The notes beneath the pieces were generated by a model. The model was not told the origin of the DNA. It was given only the letters and a program-made list of their open reading frames with translations, and ran no database searches. A DNA stretch of 64,000 nucleotides, from NCBI GenBank assembly GCA_949878485.1, contig CATLAM010000002.1:55397-119396 (forward strand), in the 5' to 3' direction. A program made the position numbers and the translations under genes. This stretch comes from an uncultured Eubacteriales bacterium. Its GTDB lineage: Bacteria; Bacillota; Clostridia; Christensenellales; UBA1242. Of this stretch, positions 50,075 to 61,200 are shown in pieces (position 1 is the first letter of the stretch; every line of letters starts with the position of its first letter).

Positions 50075-52639
50075 ATGAATAAGAAAGAAGAAAATAAGAA
50101 AAATTTAAAAGAACTTTTGGAAAACGAAAGAGTTCAGCCGATTGAAGTCGTTGGAGAATTGAAAAAATCCTTCATCTCTTATGCCATGGCTGTCAATGTA
50201 AGTCGTGCCATTCCAGATGTCAGAGATGGTTTGAAACCAGTTCATAGAAGAATTTTATATTCTATGGGCGAACTTAACAATTTCTATTCTTCTCCACACA
50301 AGAAAAGTGCACGTATTGTTGGTGAAGTTATGGGTAAATATCACCCACATGGCGACAGTTCAATTTATGACGCTTTGGTGCGTTTGGCACAAAATTTCTC
50401 AATAAGATATCCCCTTGTCGATGGACACGGAAACTTTGGTTCTGTCGATGGCGACCCTGCCGCTGCCATGCGTTATACAGAAGCAAGACTTTCCAAAATT
50501 GCAGGACTTATGCTTAATGACATTGAAAAAGAAACAGTTGATTTCTATCCAAACTTTGACGACACCCTTATGCAACCAACTGTGCTTCCAGCAAGATTTC
50601 CAAACCTTTTGGTTAATGGTGCTGACGGCATCGCTGTCGGCATGGCAACAAACATTCCGCCACACAACCTTACAGAAGTTATAAATGGTGTTCAGGCACT
50701 TATTGACAATCCTGACATTGACATTGATGAACTGATTAAAATCATTCCTGCACCTGATTATCCAACTGGTGGCATAATTATGGGAAGAACTGCAGTTAAA
50801 CACGCCTATAAAACAGGCCGTGGTGGAATTTTGGTGCGTGGACGCGCCGAAATAGAAGAAACTTCTTCTGGCAGACAAAGAATTGTCATCACAGAGCTTC
50901 CTTATGGCGTCAACAAGGCTCGTTTTATTACACAAATCGCTGACCTTGTTAAAAACAAAAAAATTGAAGGAATAAGCGATCTTAAAGAAGAAAGTGACAG
51001 AGATGGACTTAGAGTTGTTGTTGACATCAAGAAAGACGCCAACGCTCAAGTTGTTTTAAATTCTCTTTATAAACACACAATGCTTCAACAAAGCAGCGGA
51101 ATAATCATGCTTGCATTGGTTAACCGCGAGCCTAAGGTTTTAAATCTTAAAGAAATGCTTTATTATTACCTTGAACACCAAAAAGAAGTTGAAGTAAGAA
51201 AAACTAAATTTAACCTTGCAAAAGCCGAAGAACGCGCTCATATTGTTCGCGGACTTGTAACCGCCCTTGCAAGCATTGACGAAGTAATTAAAGTAATCAA
51301 ACAATCAAAAGACAAGCAAGAAGCGTGCATCAACTTGACTACTCAATTTGAACTTGACGAAATTCAAGCAAATGCCATTTTGGAAATGAGACTTTCAAAA
51401 CTTACAAGTTTGGAAGTGGAAAAACTTAAAGAAGAACTTGCCGAACTTGAAGCACTTATTGCTGACCTTAAAGATATTTTAGAAAAGCCAGCAAGAGTAT
51501 TGCAAATCATAAGAGATGATTTGGAACAAGTTAAACTTGCCTTTGGCGATGAAAGAAAAACAGAAATCAGTTTGGAAATGGGTGGAATTGACATTGAAGA
51601 CCTTATTCCAGAAGAAAATGTAATCATTTCAATGACACACTTGGGTTATATTAAGCGTATGTCAACTGAAGAATATCGCGCACAACGCCGTGGCGGAGTT
51701 GGCATTACAGCACACAAGACCAAAGACGAAGACTTTGTGGAAAAGATGTTTGTAACATCAACACATGACACATTATTGTTCTTCACTAACCTTGGCAAAG
51801 TTTACAGTGCAAAGGCTTATGAAATTCCAGAAGCACAAAGACAAGCCAAAGGCAGAGCAATCATCAACCTTCTTCAATTAAGTCTTGGAGAAAAGGTTAA
51901 CACCATTATTGCAATGCAAAGCGAAACAGAAAACAATTTCTTGATTATGGCAACCAAGAATGGACTTATTAAGAAAACTCCATTAAGCGAATACGCAAAC
52001 ATCAGAAAAGTGGGTAAAATTGCCGTTAGACTTGTAGAAGGAGATGAACTTATTGGTGTTGACATCACAAATGGTAAAGACGACATCTTAATTGCATCTC
52101 ATGATGGAAAATGCATTCGTTTCAATGAAACAGATGTCAGAGTGGTTGGTCGTGACAGCCAAGGTGTTCGAAGCATGAAACTTTCTTCAAAAGACTTTGT
52201 TGTCGACATGGCAATTATCAAAGAAAACTCAACCATAATCACAATTTCTGAAAACGGTTATGGCAAAAAGACCAATGTTGATGAATTCAGAGTTCAACAA
52301 CGCGGTGGCTCAGGTGTTAAGGCAGGAACATTCAACGACAAAACAGGAAAACTTGTTGCCTTGAAACAAATCGTGGAAGATTGTGACCTTCTTCTTATCG
52401 CCGACAGCGGAGTTATCATCAGAACACCAATTGATGACATAAGTCAATTCTCAAGAACAAGTCAAGGTGTGAGAATTATGAAACTTAAAAATGAAGCAAA
52501 AATCACCAGTGTGGCAATCACAGAAAAAGAAGAAACAGAAGAAAACTCAACTTCTGAACAAGTAGAAACAACTGAAAATCCTGCTACAGAACAGGAAAAC
52601 ACAACTGAAAATTCAGAAAACACAGAAAAAGAAGATTAA
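50075..52639 (+). CDS. gyrA: DNA gyrase subunit A
   Basis: [22 protein letters not shown], GyrA-box QRRGGVG, acidic tail. Confidence 0.97.
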   Translation: MNKKEENKKNLKELLENERVQPIEVVGELKKSFISYAMAVNVSRAIPDVRDGLKPVHRRILYSMGELNNFYSSPHKKSARIVGEVMGKYHPHGDSSIYDALVRLAQNFSIRYPLVDGHGNFGSVDGDPAAAMRYTEARLSKIAGLMLNDIEKETVDFYPNFDDTLMQPTVLPARFPNLLVNGADGIAVGMATNIPPHNLTEVINGVQALIDNPDIDIDELIKIIPAPDYPTGGIIMGRTAVKHAYKTGRGGILVRGRAEIEETSSGRQRIVITELPYGVNKARFITQIADLVKNKKIEGISDLKEESDRDGLRVVVDIKKDANAQVVLNSLYKHTMLQQSSGIIMLALVNREPKVLNLKEMLYYYLEHQKEVEVRKTKFNLAKAEERAHIVRGLVTALASIDEVIKVIKQSKDKQEACINLTTQFELDEIQANAILEMRLSKLTSLEVEKLKEELAELEALIADLKDILEKPARVLQIIRDDLEQVKLAFGDERKTEISLEMGGIDIEDLIPEENVIISMTHLGYIKRMSTEEYRAQRRGGVGITAHKTKDEDFVEKMFVTSTHDTLLFFTNLGKVYSAKAYEIPEAQRQAKGRAIINLLQLSLGEKVNTIIAMQSETENNFLIMATKNGLIKKTPLSEYANIRKVGKIAVRLVEGDELIGVDITNGKDDILIASHDGKCIRFNETDVRVVGRDSQGVRSMKLSSKDFVVDMAIIKENSTIITISENGYGKKTNVDEFRVQQRGGSGVKAGTFNDKTGKLVALKQIVEDCDLLLIADSGVIIRTPIDDISQFSRTSQGVRIMKLKNEAKITSVAITEKEETEENSTSEQVETTENPATEQENTTENSENTEKED

Positions 52640-52693
52640 GCCTTTTAATCTTCTTTTATTGCTTAAAAGCAAACTTTGCTTGGGAGAATAGGA

Positions 52694-54730
52694 ATGGATA
52701 AAATTGTTAAACAGCAAGAGAAAGAATACATTGCAAAAGTAACCAAAGAAATAGACAACATAAAAACAAAAAACAACAAAAAAATCAGAGATAACAACAA
52801 AAACATAGAAGGCTTGAAAAAATATTTCTCCGACAATTATTATGACATAGGCCATACAAACAAAGACGAGTATGCCAGCATAAACATCCAAATTGAAAAT
52901 ATGCAGATTCAAAATGACAATCTACATAGAGAAATCACTCGTCTTGACAAACAAAAGAAAACTCCTTACTTTGGCAGATTTGACTTTAAAGCAAATGGAG
53001 AAGATTTTTCTTCCCCTTATTATATCGGGCTTGGTTTCGTTAAAGATAATGAAAACACCAATTTGGTCTATGATTGGCGAGCAGATGTCTGTTCGCTTTA
53101 TTATGACGACAAAGTTGGAAAAACTTCCTATACCTGCCCTGATGGCGAAATCAATGGAGATGTGACCTTAAAACGCCAATATAAAATTGAAAAAGGCGAA
53201 CTTTCTTATTATATTGACAGTTCAATGCTGATTGATGATGACATCTTAATGGAACAACTTTCCAAAAATGCCACCACTAAAATGCATGACATTGTTTCCA
53301 CGATTCAAAAAGAACAAAATATTATGATTCGTGACAATGATTTTGTCAACACAATCGTTCAAGGTGTGGCGGGCTCTGGAAAAACTTCAATTGCCATGCA
53401 CAGAGTGTCATATTTGCTGTTTAAATATCGTCACTATCTTAAAAGCGAAGACATCTTGATATTGTCACCGACCGAACAATTTTCAGACTATATAGACGAA
53501 GTTTTGCCAGCGATTGGCGAAGAAAGTGCATTCACAACCACTTTTGCGGAAATGGCAAAAAGGCTTTTAGGAGAAAAATTTGAAAATCGCGAAGAAATGT
53601 TGGAAAGAGTGATAACAAATCAAAACCAAAAAGATTTCGAAAATATTGCAATTAAATCAAGTTTTGAATTTTTGGAAGAAATTAAAAATTTCTTAAACAA
53701 TGACATTTGCAATTTGTTTATTCCTAAAACCATGGTCTTTGGCGACATAACCATAGATAAAAATGAAATACATGACATTTATTTTAATCGACTTAAGAAT
53801 TTGCCTGTTCATAAACGAATCGAAATCTTGGCTGAAAACATTGTTGACAGATTTAAAATTCCTGATTTCGAGCGTGCTGACCTTATTAAGCGAGCAAAAA
53901 AACTTTTGTATAACAAATTCATAACAACTGACCTTCTTAAAATCTACAACTTGTTTTTGCGTAATGGAGAACTTGAAGAAGTGGAAAAGATTGGAGCATA
54001 CGACATTGCACCAATTCTTCTTATTAAAGAAAATCTTTTTTCTTTAAACCACAATTTTGACGCAAAATATGTCATTGTGGATGAAATGCAAGATTACACA
54101 CCATGTCACTTTTACTTATTTGACAAAATTTGGAAATGTTCTAAACTTTACTTAGGCGACATTAACCAAAGCATCGACAAAACTTTGCCACTTTCTTACA
54201 TCAACAATCTGGCAAAGATGACCAAAAGTAAAATTAAATTTCTGACTAAATCTTACAGAAGCACTTTACAGATTTCTCTGTTCTCTCAAAAGATTTTGGG
54301 AAAGAAAGTCGCCGACAATGTAAACAGACAAGGCGAAGAAGTGGAATGCATTACTTCACGGGATTGTGCTAAGACCATTGAAAAGATTTTGGAAATTCGC
54401 AAGAAAAATCCATCCTTTAAAGACCAAAGCATAGCAATCATTTGCAAAACTAATGAAGAAATAAAAGCACTTCAAAAATCAAGTGCAATCATCAAAAAAT
54501 TTAAACCGCTTAATTCTTCTTCCAGCAATCGAATGTTTATTTCCACCCCAGCAAAAGCCAAAGGTGTGGAATTTGACTGTGTTATCATGCCTTTTGCAAC
54601 AGAAAAGAATTATCACAACGAACTTGACCGAAATTTGCTTTATGTGACAAGCACCAGAGCATTACACAAACTTTATTTCATAAGCAATGGTAAAGCAAGC
54701 AAATTTTTGATGAAAAACACAAACAAATAA
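52694..54730 (+). CDS. helD: HelD-like SF1 helicase/ATPase (RNA polymerase recycling factor)
   Basis: PYFGRFDF, DWRA, DIVSTIQKEQ, QGVAGSGKT, DEMQD, KGVEFD, LYVTSTRA. Confidence 0.88.
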   Translation: MDKIVKQQEKEYIAKVTKEIDNIKTKNNKKIRDNNKNIEGLKKYFSDNYYDIGHTNKDEYASINIQIENMQIQNDNLHREITRLDKQKKTPYFGRFDFKANGEDFSSPYYIGLGFVKDNENTNLVYDWRADVCSLYYDDKVGKTSYTCPDGEINGDVTLKRQYKIEKGELSYYIDSSMLIDDDILMEQLSKNATTKMHDIVSTIQKEQNIMIRDNDFVNTIVQGVAGSGKTSIAMHRVSYLLFKYRHYLKSEDILILSPTEQFSDYIDEVLPAIGEESAFTTTFAEMAKRLLGEKFENREEMLERVITNQNQKDFENIAIKSSFEFLEEIKNFLNNDICNLFIPKTMVFGDITIDKNEIHDIYFNRLKNLPVHKRIEILAENIVDRFKIPDFERADLIKRAKKLLYNKFITTDLLKIYNLFLRNGELEEVEKIGAYDIAPILLIKENLFSLNHNFDAKYVIVDEMQDYTPCHFYLFDKIWKCSKLYLGDINQSIDKTLPLSYINNLAKMTKSKIKFLTKSYRSTLQISLFSQKILGKKVADNVNRQGEEVECITSRDCAKTIEKILEIRKKNPSFKDQSIAIICKTNEEIKALQKSSAIIKKFKPLNSSSSNRMFISTPAKAKGVEFDCVIMPFATEKNYHNELDRNLLYVTSTRALHKLYFISNGKASKFLMKNTNK

Positions 54731-54850
54731 AAATTTCTCATGAATTTATATGCAAAATTTATGCATAAAAACCGACAAAATTCTTTCACTTGGTAGAAAC
54801 ATAAAAAAGTGAGAAATTTTTAATATTTTGTAATTTAAAATAGCACAAAG

Positions 54851-55043
54851 TTATACACAACATATAGGTCTGTTTTCATAACTTTTCTATCATTTTTGGA
54901 AAAATTTATCCACAAAAATGTGGAAATGTGGATAACTTATGCACTTTTTACACATTTTACCCCTATTTTAAGCAGTTTGTATAAACATAAACGGTTTTGT
55001 ATATTTATAAATTTGTGGATAAGTGGAAAATCAGTGTGTAAAA
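54851..55043. promoter_or_regulatory. DnaA-box cluster
   Basis: TTWTNCACA matches at 54851, 54906, 54946 (+) and 54927, 55014, 55035 (-), plus near matches at 54919, 54937, 54976, 55022. Confidence 0.85.
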
Positions 55044-55158
55044 CTTCTGTTACATTATATGTGCTTTTTTATTGACAAATTTGCCGAATTTGGTTTAAAA
55101 TTAATTTATTATATACTTTAGACAACAAATTGATAACTCAGACTTTAAGGAGATTTAG

Positions 55159-56502
55159 ATGAACAATCAAAAACTTATAACTCCAAGAAAATTGCAAGGA
55201 TTTTGGGAACTCATGCCTAAACAACAGATGCTTTTTTCCAGCCTTTTAAATAGGATTGAAGAAGTTTTCAAGGCTAATTGTTTCCTGCCCCTAGACACGC
55301 CAATTTTGGAATATTCTGAAGCCCTTTTAGCAAAAAGTGGCGGAGAAACCGACAAACAAGTTTTTCGCTTCTTGAAAGGCGATACGGATATGTGTATGCG
55401 TTATGACCTAACCGTTCCGCTTGCCAGATTTGTTTCTATGCACAAAAACGAACTTTCCTTTCCTTTTAAACGCTTCCAAATTGGAAAAGTTTATCGCGGA
55501 GAACGCCCACAAAAAGGTCGTTTCAGAGAATTATATCAATGCGATGCTGACATCATTGGAAACGAAACCTTATCAGAAGTTGCTGATGCTGAATGCATAA
55601 ATCTTTTTGAAAAATGCTTTAATGCCCTTAATCTTGATGTTAACATTTTGGTTTCAAACAGAAAAATTTTGGCTGGTTTCATTCAAGACATCAATTTTGA
55701 AGAAAAGTCCACCGAAATATTTATTGTTTTAGATAAACTCGCAAAAATACCATATGAAGATGCCATGAAACAACTTATTGAAATTGGACTTTCAAAAACA
55801 GAATGTGAAAAATTAATTGCACTTACAAAAACAAATGGCACTTTTAAAGAAGTAAAAAAATCTATTTCAAACCTTTGCCAAAACGAAATTTTTCAAAAAG
55901 GCTTAGAAGAACTTGAAAACACTTTTAAATATCTTGAAATCTTAGGAAATAATTCAATCGTTTGTGACCTTTCCATCATTCGTGGACACAACTATTACAC
56001 TGGAACAGTTTTTGAAGGATTTCTTAAAAATTCAGAATACACTGGAGCAGTTGGTGGTGGTGGACGATTTGAAAACCTTTGCAGTTATTTTTCAGACACT
56101 AAAATGCCTGGGGTTGGAATGAGTGTTGGAATTACTCGTTTGTTTGATGTTTTACTTGCAGAAAACTATTTTGATTTATCACAAGCAAATGAAATTGAAT
56201 GTGCTGTTGTCACCTTTGACGAAACATTTGAAGCAGGTTTAAAACTTGTGTCAAAATTGCGTCAAAATGACATTAAAGCAGAAAGTTTTTATGAAAACAA
56301 AAGTTTTAAGTCACAAATGAAAGAAGCCAATCGTCGTCAAGTTAAATATGTTTTAATTGTCGGCGAAGATGAAGTTAAAACTGGCAACTATACTTTAAAA
56401 AACATGACCACAGGTGAACAAATTTCTCTTGAACTCAACCAAATTATTGAACATTTAAAAGACGATCGAATGGCATCGGCGATGCCTAACAACAATAATT
56501 AA
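55159..56502 (+). CDS. hisS: Histidine--tRNA ligase
   Basis: MRYDLTVPLAR, YRGERPQKGRFRE, RGHNYYTG, GGGR, anticodon-binding domain. Confidence 0.96.
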   Translation: MNNQKLITPRKLQGFWELMPKQQMLFSSLLNRIEEVFKANCFLPLDTPILEYSEALLAKSGGETDKQVFRFLKGDTDMCMRYDLTVPLARFVSMHKNELSFPFKRFQIGKVYRGERPQKGRFRELYQCDADIIGNETLSEVADAECINLFEKCFNALNLDVNILVSNRKILAGFIQDINFEEKSTEIFIVLDKLAKIPYEDAMKQLIEIGLSKTECEKLIALTKTNGTFKEVKKSISNLCQNEIFQKGLEELENTFKYLEILGNNSIVCDLSIIRGHNYYTGTVFEGFLKNSEYTGAVGGGGRFENLCSYFSDTKMPGVGMSVGITRLFDVLLAENYFDLSQANEIECAVVTFDETFEAGLKLVSKLRQNDIKAESFYENKSFKSQMKEANRRQVKYVLIVGEDEVKTGNYTLKNMTTGEQISLELNQIIEHLKDDRMASAMPNNNN

Positions 56503-56541
56503 AATCAAACACTTAAAATAAAAGCATAAAAGGAAAAGATT

Positions 56542-58233
56542 ATGGAAAAGAAAAAAATATTAGTCACCGCTGCATTGCTTTATGTAAACGGATTACCACA
56601 TCTTGGACATGTTGTTGGATGTTGGCTTCCTGCTGATGTTTTTACAAGATTTAACAAAACTTATGGAAATGATGTTGTCTATGTAAGTGGAACAGATGAC
56701 CACGGAACAACAAGTTACATCTCTGCAAAAGAAGCAGGACTTGAACCATCCGTTTACATCAAACAGATGAACACAAAAATGAAAGAAATCGCTAACAAAC
56801 TTTCCATTGGTTTTGACATATTCAGCGGAACAAACACAAAAACTCACGAAGAAATAACAGTAGATTTTTTCAACGAAATATATAAAAATGGTTACACAAA
56901 AGAAATGGAAAGCCAAATGCTTTTCTGTAAACATGATAATGTTGCCCTTGCCGATAGATTTGTCTATGGTGTATGCCCTTATTGTGGCTATGACAAGGCA
57001 TATGGCGACCAATGCGACAAGTGCGGTAAAACTTATGAACTTGATGAATTAAAAGACCCTAAATGCTCTTTTTGCGGTCAAAACGCGGTTAAGAAAACAA
57101 CTAAACACCTTTACATCTGTTTAGATAAACTTCAACCAAAACTTCAAAAATGGGTGGAAAGCAAAAAAGACATTTGGCGTCCACACGTTTACAGCATGAC
57201 AAACAAGTGGTTTAAAGAAGGACTTAAACCAAGATGCATAACTCGTGACATTCCTTGGGGAATTAAAGTGCCACTTAAAGGCTTTGAAGATAAAGTTTTC
57301 TATGTTTGGTTTGATGCACCAATTGGCTACATTTCCATCACAAAAGAACTCGGCGGAGATGAATTAGTTAAGGACCGCTGGCAAAACGAAAACTGCGAAA
57401 TTTACAACTTTATAGGAAAAGACAACATCGACTTTCATGCTGTTTTCTTCCCAAGTATGGAACTGGCTTGTGAAAAATATAATCTTGCGCAAAATGTTGT
57501 TGGTTTCAATTTCTTGAACTTTGAAGGTCAAAAATTTTCTAAGTCTAAGCACATCGGAATTTTCTGTGATAAACTTTTAAACAGTGATGTCGACATTGAC
57601 GCTTTGCGTGCTTATTTGGTTTCCATTTTCCCAGAAAACAAAGACAGTGATTTCACATATGAAGGCTTTAAACTCAACACAAATGCCGAACTTGTCGGCA
57701 AATATGGCAACTTCTTTAATCGCACACTCAACATGATTAACAAGAATTTTTCTGGCGAACTTGGAATTGACTTTGATGACATCAAAAATAATCTTGACGA
57801 AAATGACAATGAAATGGTTAGAGCAATCAACACCTGCCCTGAAGAAATTGCAAGATTGTTTGCCGAAACTGAATTTAGGGCTGGTTATAAAGAAATCTTA
57901 AGATTTGCTTCCATTGGAAACACTTACTTAGAAAAGACCGCTCCTTGGACACTTATTAAAAATGGTGATATAGACAGTGCAAAGAAAGTGCTTTATCTTT
58001 GCCTTAACATGGCAAAAGCCCTTGCCATTGTTGCCAGTCCAATTATGCCAAACAGAACAGCAGAAATTTGGACAGAACAATTAAACTTTAATGGCAACCC
58101 TGCTGATGAAGGAAACTGGAAAGATGCTTCAAAAATCAACATTGCAAAGACACATAAAGTAAACTTGCCAAAACCACTTTTTGCACGACTTGATGATGAA
58201 ACAATCGAAAGATATAAAACAGAACTTGCTTAA
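56542..58233 (+). CDS. metG: Methionine--tRNA ligase (two-knuckle MetRS2 type, no C-terminal dimerisation domain)
   Basis: YVNGLPHLGH, CPYC..CDKC..CSFC, YVWFDA, GKDN..FH, KFSKS. Confidence 0.95.
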   Translation: MEKKKILVTAALLYVNGLPHLGHVVGCWLPADVFTRFNKTYGNDVVYVSGTDDHGTTSYISAKEAGLEPSVYIKQMNTKMKEIANKLSIGFDIFSGTNTKTHEEITVDFFNEIYKNGYTKEMESQMLFCKHDNVALADRFVYGVCPYCGYDKAYGDQCDKCGKTYELDELKDPKCSFCGQNAVKKTTKHLYICLDKLQPKLQKWVESKKDIWRPHVYSMTNKWFKEGLKPRCITRDIPWGIKVPLKGFEDKVFYVWFDAPIGYISITKELGGDELVKDRWQNENCEIYNFIGKDNIDFHAVFFPSMELACEKYNLAQNVVGFNFLNFEGQKFSKSKHIGIFCDKLLNSDVDIDALRAYLVSIFPENKDSDFTYEGFKLNTNAELVGKYGNFFNRTLNMINKNFSGELGIDFDDIKNNLDENDNEMVRAINTCPEEIARLFAETEFRAGYKEILRFASIGNTYLEKTAPWTLIKNGDIDSAKKVLYLCLNMAKALAIVASPIMPNRTAEIWTEQLNFNGNPADEGNWKDASKINIAKTHKVNLPKPLFARLDDETIERYKTELA

Positions 58234-58264
58234 GTCAAATTTATTTTGGAATTTATTTAACATT

Positions 58265-58294
58265 AAAAAAACACATCAAAAAGATGTGTTTTTT
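58265..58294. terminator. Bidirectional intrinsic terminator
   Basis: AAAAAAACACATC-AAAAA-GATGTGTTTTTT. Confidence 0.85.
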
Positions 58295-58295
58295 A

Positions 58296-61200
58296 TTATG
58301 CAATTTTGCTTAAATATTGTTTTCTGTAATAGTCATTTGAATAAATTGTTTTTCCACCAGTTGTCACATAACTCTCACCTGTCACGGAATTCAATTTCAA
58401 AGGAATGGAAACTGTGCCATTCTTGATTCCGATCTTAGTTGAAACAGTGTCGATGAATCTGTATTCAATGCCATTTACAACATAAGCATCACTTAAACCA
58501 ATTTCAACATTCATGTTGTCAAAGTTTGCATCTCCAGTAAGTGATTTGCCTTCCAATCCCATGCTGAAACCTGTAAGCGTTTCTTTGTCGCCGACATTTG
58601 TAAACAAAGGAGCATAACTCATGATTGTTTCTTCCAGTGTTGGATTTGGATTCATGCTTGCAATAAGGTCACCAATTTTGTTGTAAACTGTGTCAGTTAA
58701 TCCCAACATATAAGCAAAGATTTCCATGATATGACTTCCAATTTCTTCGGCTTTCCAAGATTTTGTGATTTTTTCATCACGTTTCTTCCATGCAGCCCAA
58801 CCAGTATACTTGTTTCCATAAGTGTTTTGAACAAGATTTAAAACGCCGTCTTTATATTCCAAAGTGGAAACACGCTTGTCAAATCCATAAGCAGAATAAA
58901 CAGTATAAGTGTTACCAAATCCACCTGCATTATAAGTTACATCCACAAAACTTGGAACAACCATTTCAAGATAAAGTCCAACATCACCACTGTCGCTTAA
59001 TTCAACCAACATATCATAGTAAACAGTGATTACGTCAATGCCAATAATTCCGATGCTTGTGCTTCCATTGAAAGCAATGTTTTGAGTGTTAAGTGTGCTT
59101 ACAGCAACATCCATAAATTCTGTGATTGAACTTAAATCTATGTGTTCTTTTGTTGTGTCATAGTCAAACTTATCTTCTGTAAATTCGTCAAACTTGATTT
59201 CAAAATCAAGTTGATTTGCACCCACACAAACACCTGAAATTAAAAGTTTGTCAAGTTTAGAAACAACATCTTCTCCATTGTTATTATTTGAAATAATCAA
59301 TTTAACAGAAGCGTTATCTCCAAAAGTTTCTTTCAAATTCACAGATAAAACAGTGTTAAAGTTTCCATACGCATCAACTTCGCTTGTTTCAAGTTTAACA
59401 GATTTTAAAACATTTGCAATGTTGTTAATTGATTGCAACAAATCATCTATACTTGAATTATCATCATTTTTGTCTGTATCAATTTTCAAAAGTTTTTGCA
59501 AATAACTAAAATCAGTTGTGCAAGGTTCAAGTCCCCAAGATGCCATTGTCTTTTCGTCTATTTCCAAGCCCATAAGAGAAAGAATCATCACAACCAATTT
59601 ACTTAAATTGGAATTTTTAACTCTTCCATTAAATTCTTTGTTTCCAACCAATTCTCCATGAGAATATGAAAGATAAAGTTCACTTAAATCATTACTTTCG
59701 AAGAACACTGACAACTTATGCTGAACATCTGTGTTGTCTTTTAAAGATTGAATGTTGATGTCAACATCACCCAAAACTTTAATATAGTTGTTGTCAAACC
59801 AAGTTAAAACTTGTTCTTCCAATGCTTCATCTTTATCGAAATTAGGGATCTCTGTAATTTCATTTACCTTTAAGGTTAAATCAGAGCCTTTATTGATTTT
59901 TATAACTTGACTTTCACTTGCAACACTGCCAGAAAGTCCAAGTTGATAGTTGAAACTTGAAAGATAGTCATAAGCAGAAAGAAGTGGCAATAACTCACTG
60001 TAATGATGGAATTCTGAAATTTTTAAAACAACATCATTTGCAACAAATCCTGTAAGTTCGCCATTTTCAATTACAAAATTATCAGAAATTAAAGAAGCAT
60101 TGCCAGCAGTTAAGTTGTAAATGTAAACAGCAAAATTCTTGTTTCCAGTAAGGTCATAATCTTCAATTAAATCACCATTAACTGTCAGCAAAAAGTCCTT
60201 ATAGCCATTTTCATTAAGCGTTGTGTTAGGGTCTTCAATGTTTGCGCCTAAAGTAATTGCGCTTGGAAGCAATTTATTTCCATCTTTTTGCATAATCACT
60301 TTTGCAACAATGTCATAGAATCTTGCTTGACTTGTGTAATAAAGACTGTCTTTTATGTTTATTTGAACACCAAAATTTGTTTCGTCTTCTTCAGTAAATT
60401 CGTAAATCCATTTACCATAAATTTCTGTCAAACTTGGCAAAACAACCTTAAATGCTTCAGCAGTTTCAACCACATTTGTTGTTTCTGAAGAAGTAAATTG
60501 GCTGAAGATTTCCATTAAATCTGAAATAGTTTGTTCATTCAAATCTGCATAAACTTGAAGTCCTGCAATGCTGATGTAAACTGTGTTGTCAACCAAGAAG
60601 ATGTAACTGTCAATTCCCAAAGAACTTGTATAGAAAGCAACTGCAGGAACATAACCATTAATCAAACCTTTATGGTCATCATCTTTAATAAGAAGTCCCA
60701 CCAAATTGCCAAAGAATTGATTTGTGCTGTAACGAACAGCAAGGTCAGTGCTGAATGAATAAATTCCATCAGTAATTTTAAAACTGTTTAAAATTTCATC
60801 TACAAGGTTTGTTGTGTAAGTTTCATATTCTTTTTCATCAATGACATTAATTGTAGAATTTTCAACATAATTAACCTCAACTTTTCCGCTTAAAACAGAA
60901 CAATCAATTTGTGCTTCTGTCAACTTGTTTTCTTCATTGCTGAATGTCAATTTTGCCACAACTTTGTTGTTGTAATAGAGTTCCAACGCAACACCAGTGC
61001 TGTTTGCAGACAATTTTAAATTCTTGAAAAAGTCTTGGACAGTATAGTTTTGAAGCACATCAATCACCGCTTGAAAACCACCAAAGTCAATGTCAACACC
61101 AAGTTTATCTGAAGTAAGACTGTTCAAGATTTCAGTCAAATTAATGTTTGCATTACCCTGATTTTGTGGAACAGCAACTTTAAATTTCATGTTGGCATAA

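Noticed and set aside
50399-51049. 216-aa antisense ORF and other overlapping short ORFs in the track
   Set aside because: They are shadows of gyrA, secA, mur and other strongly conserved genes, with no RBS or motif support.
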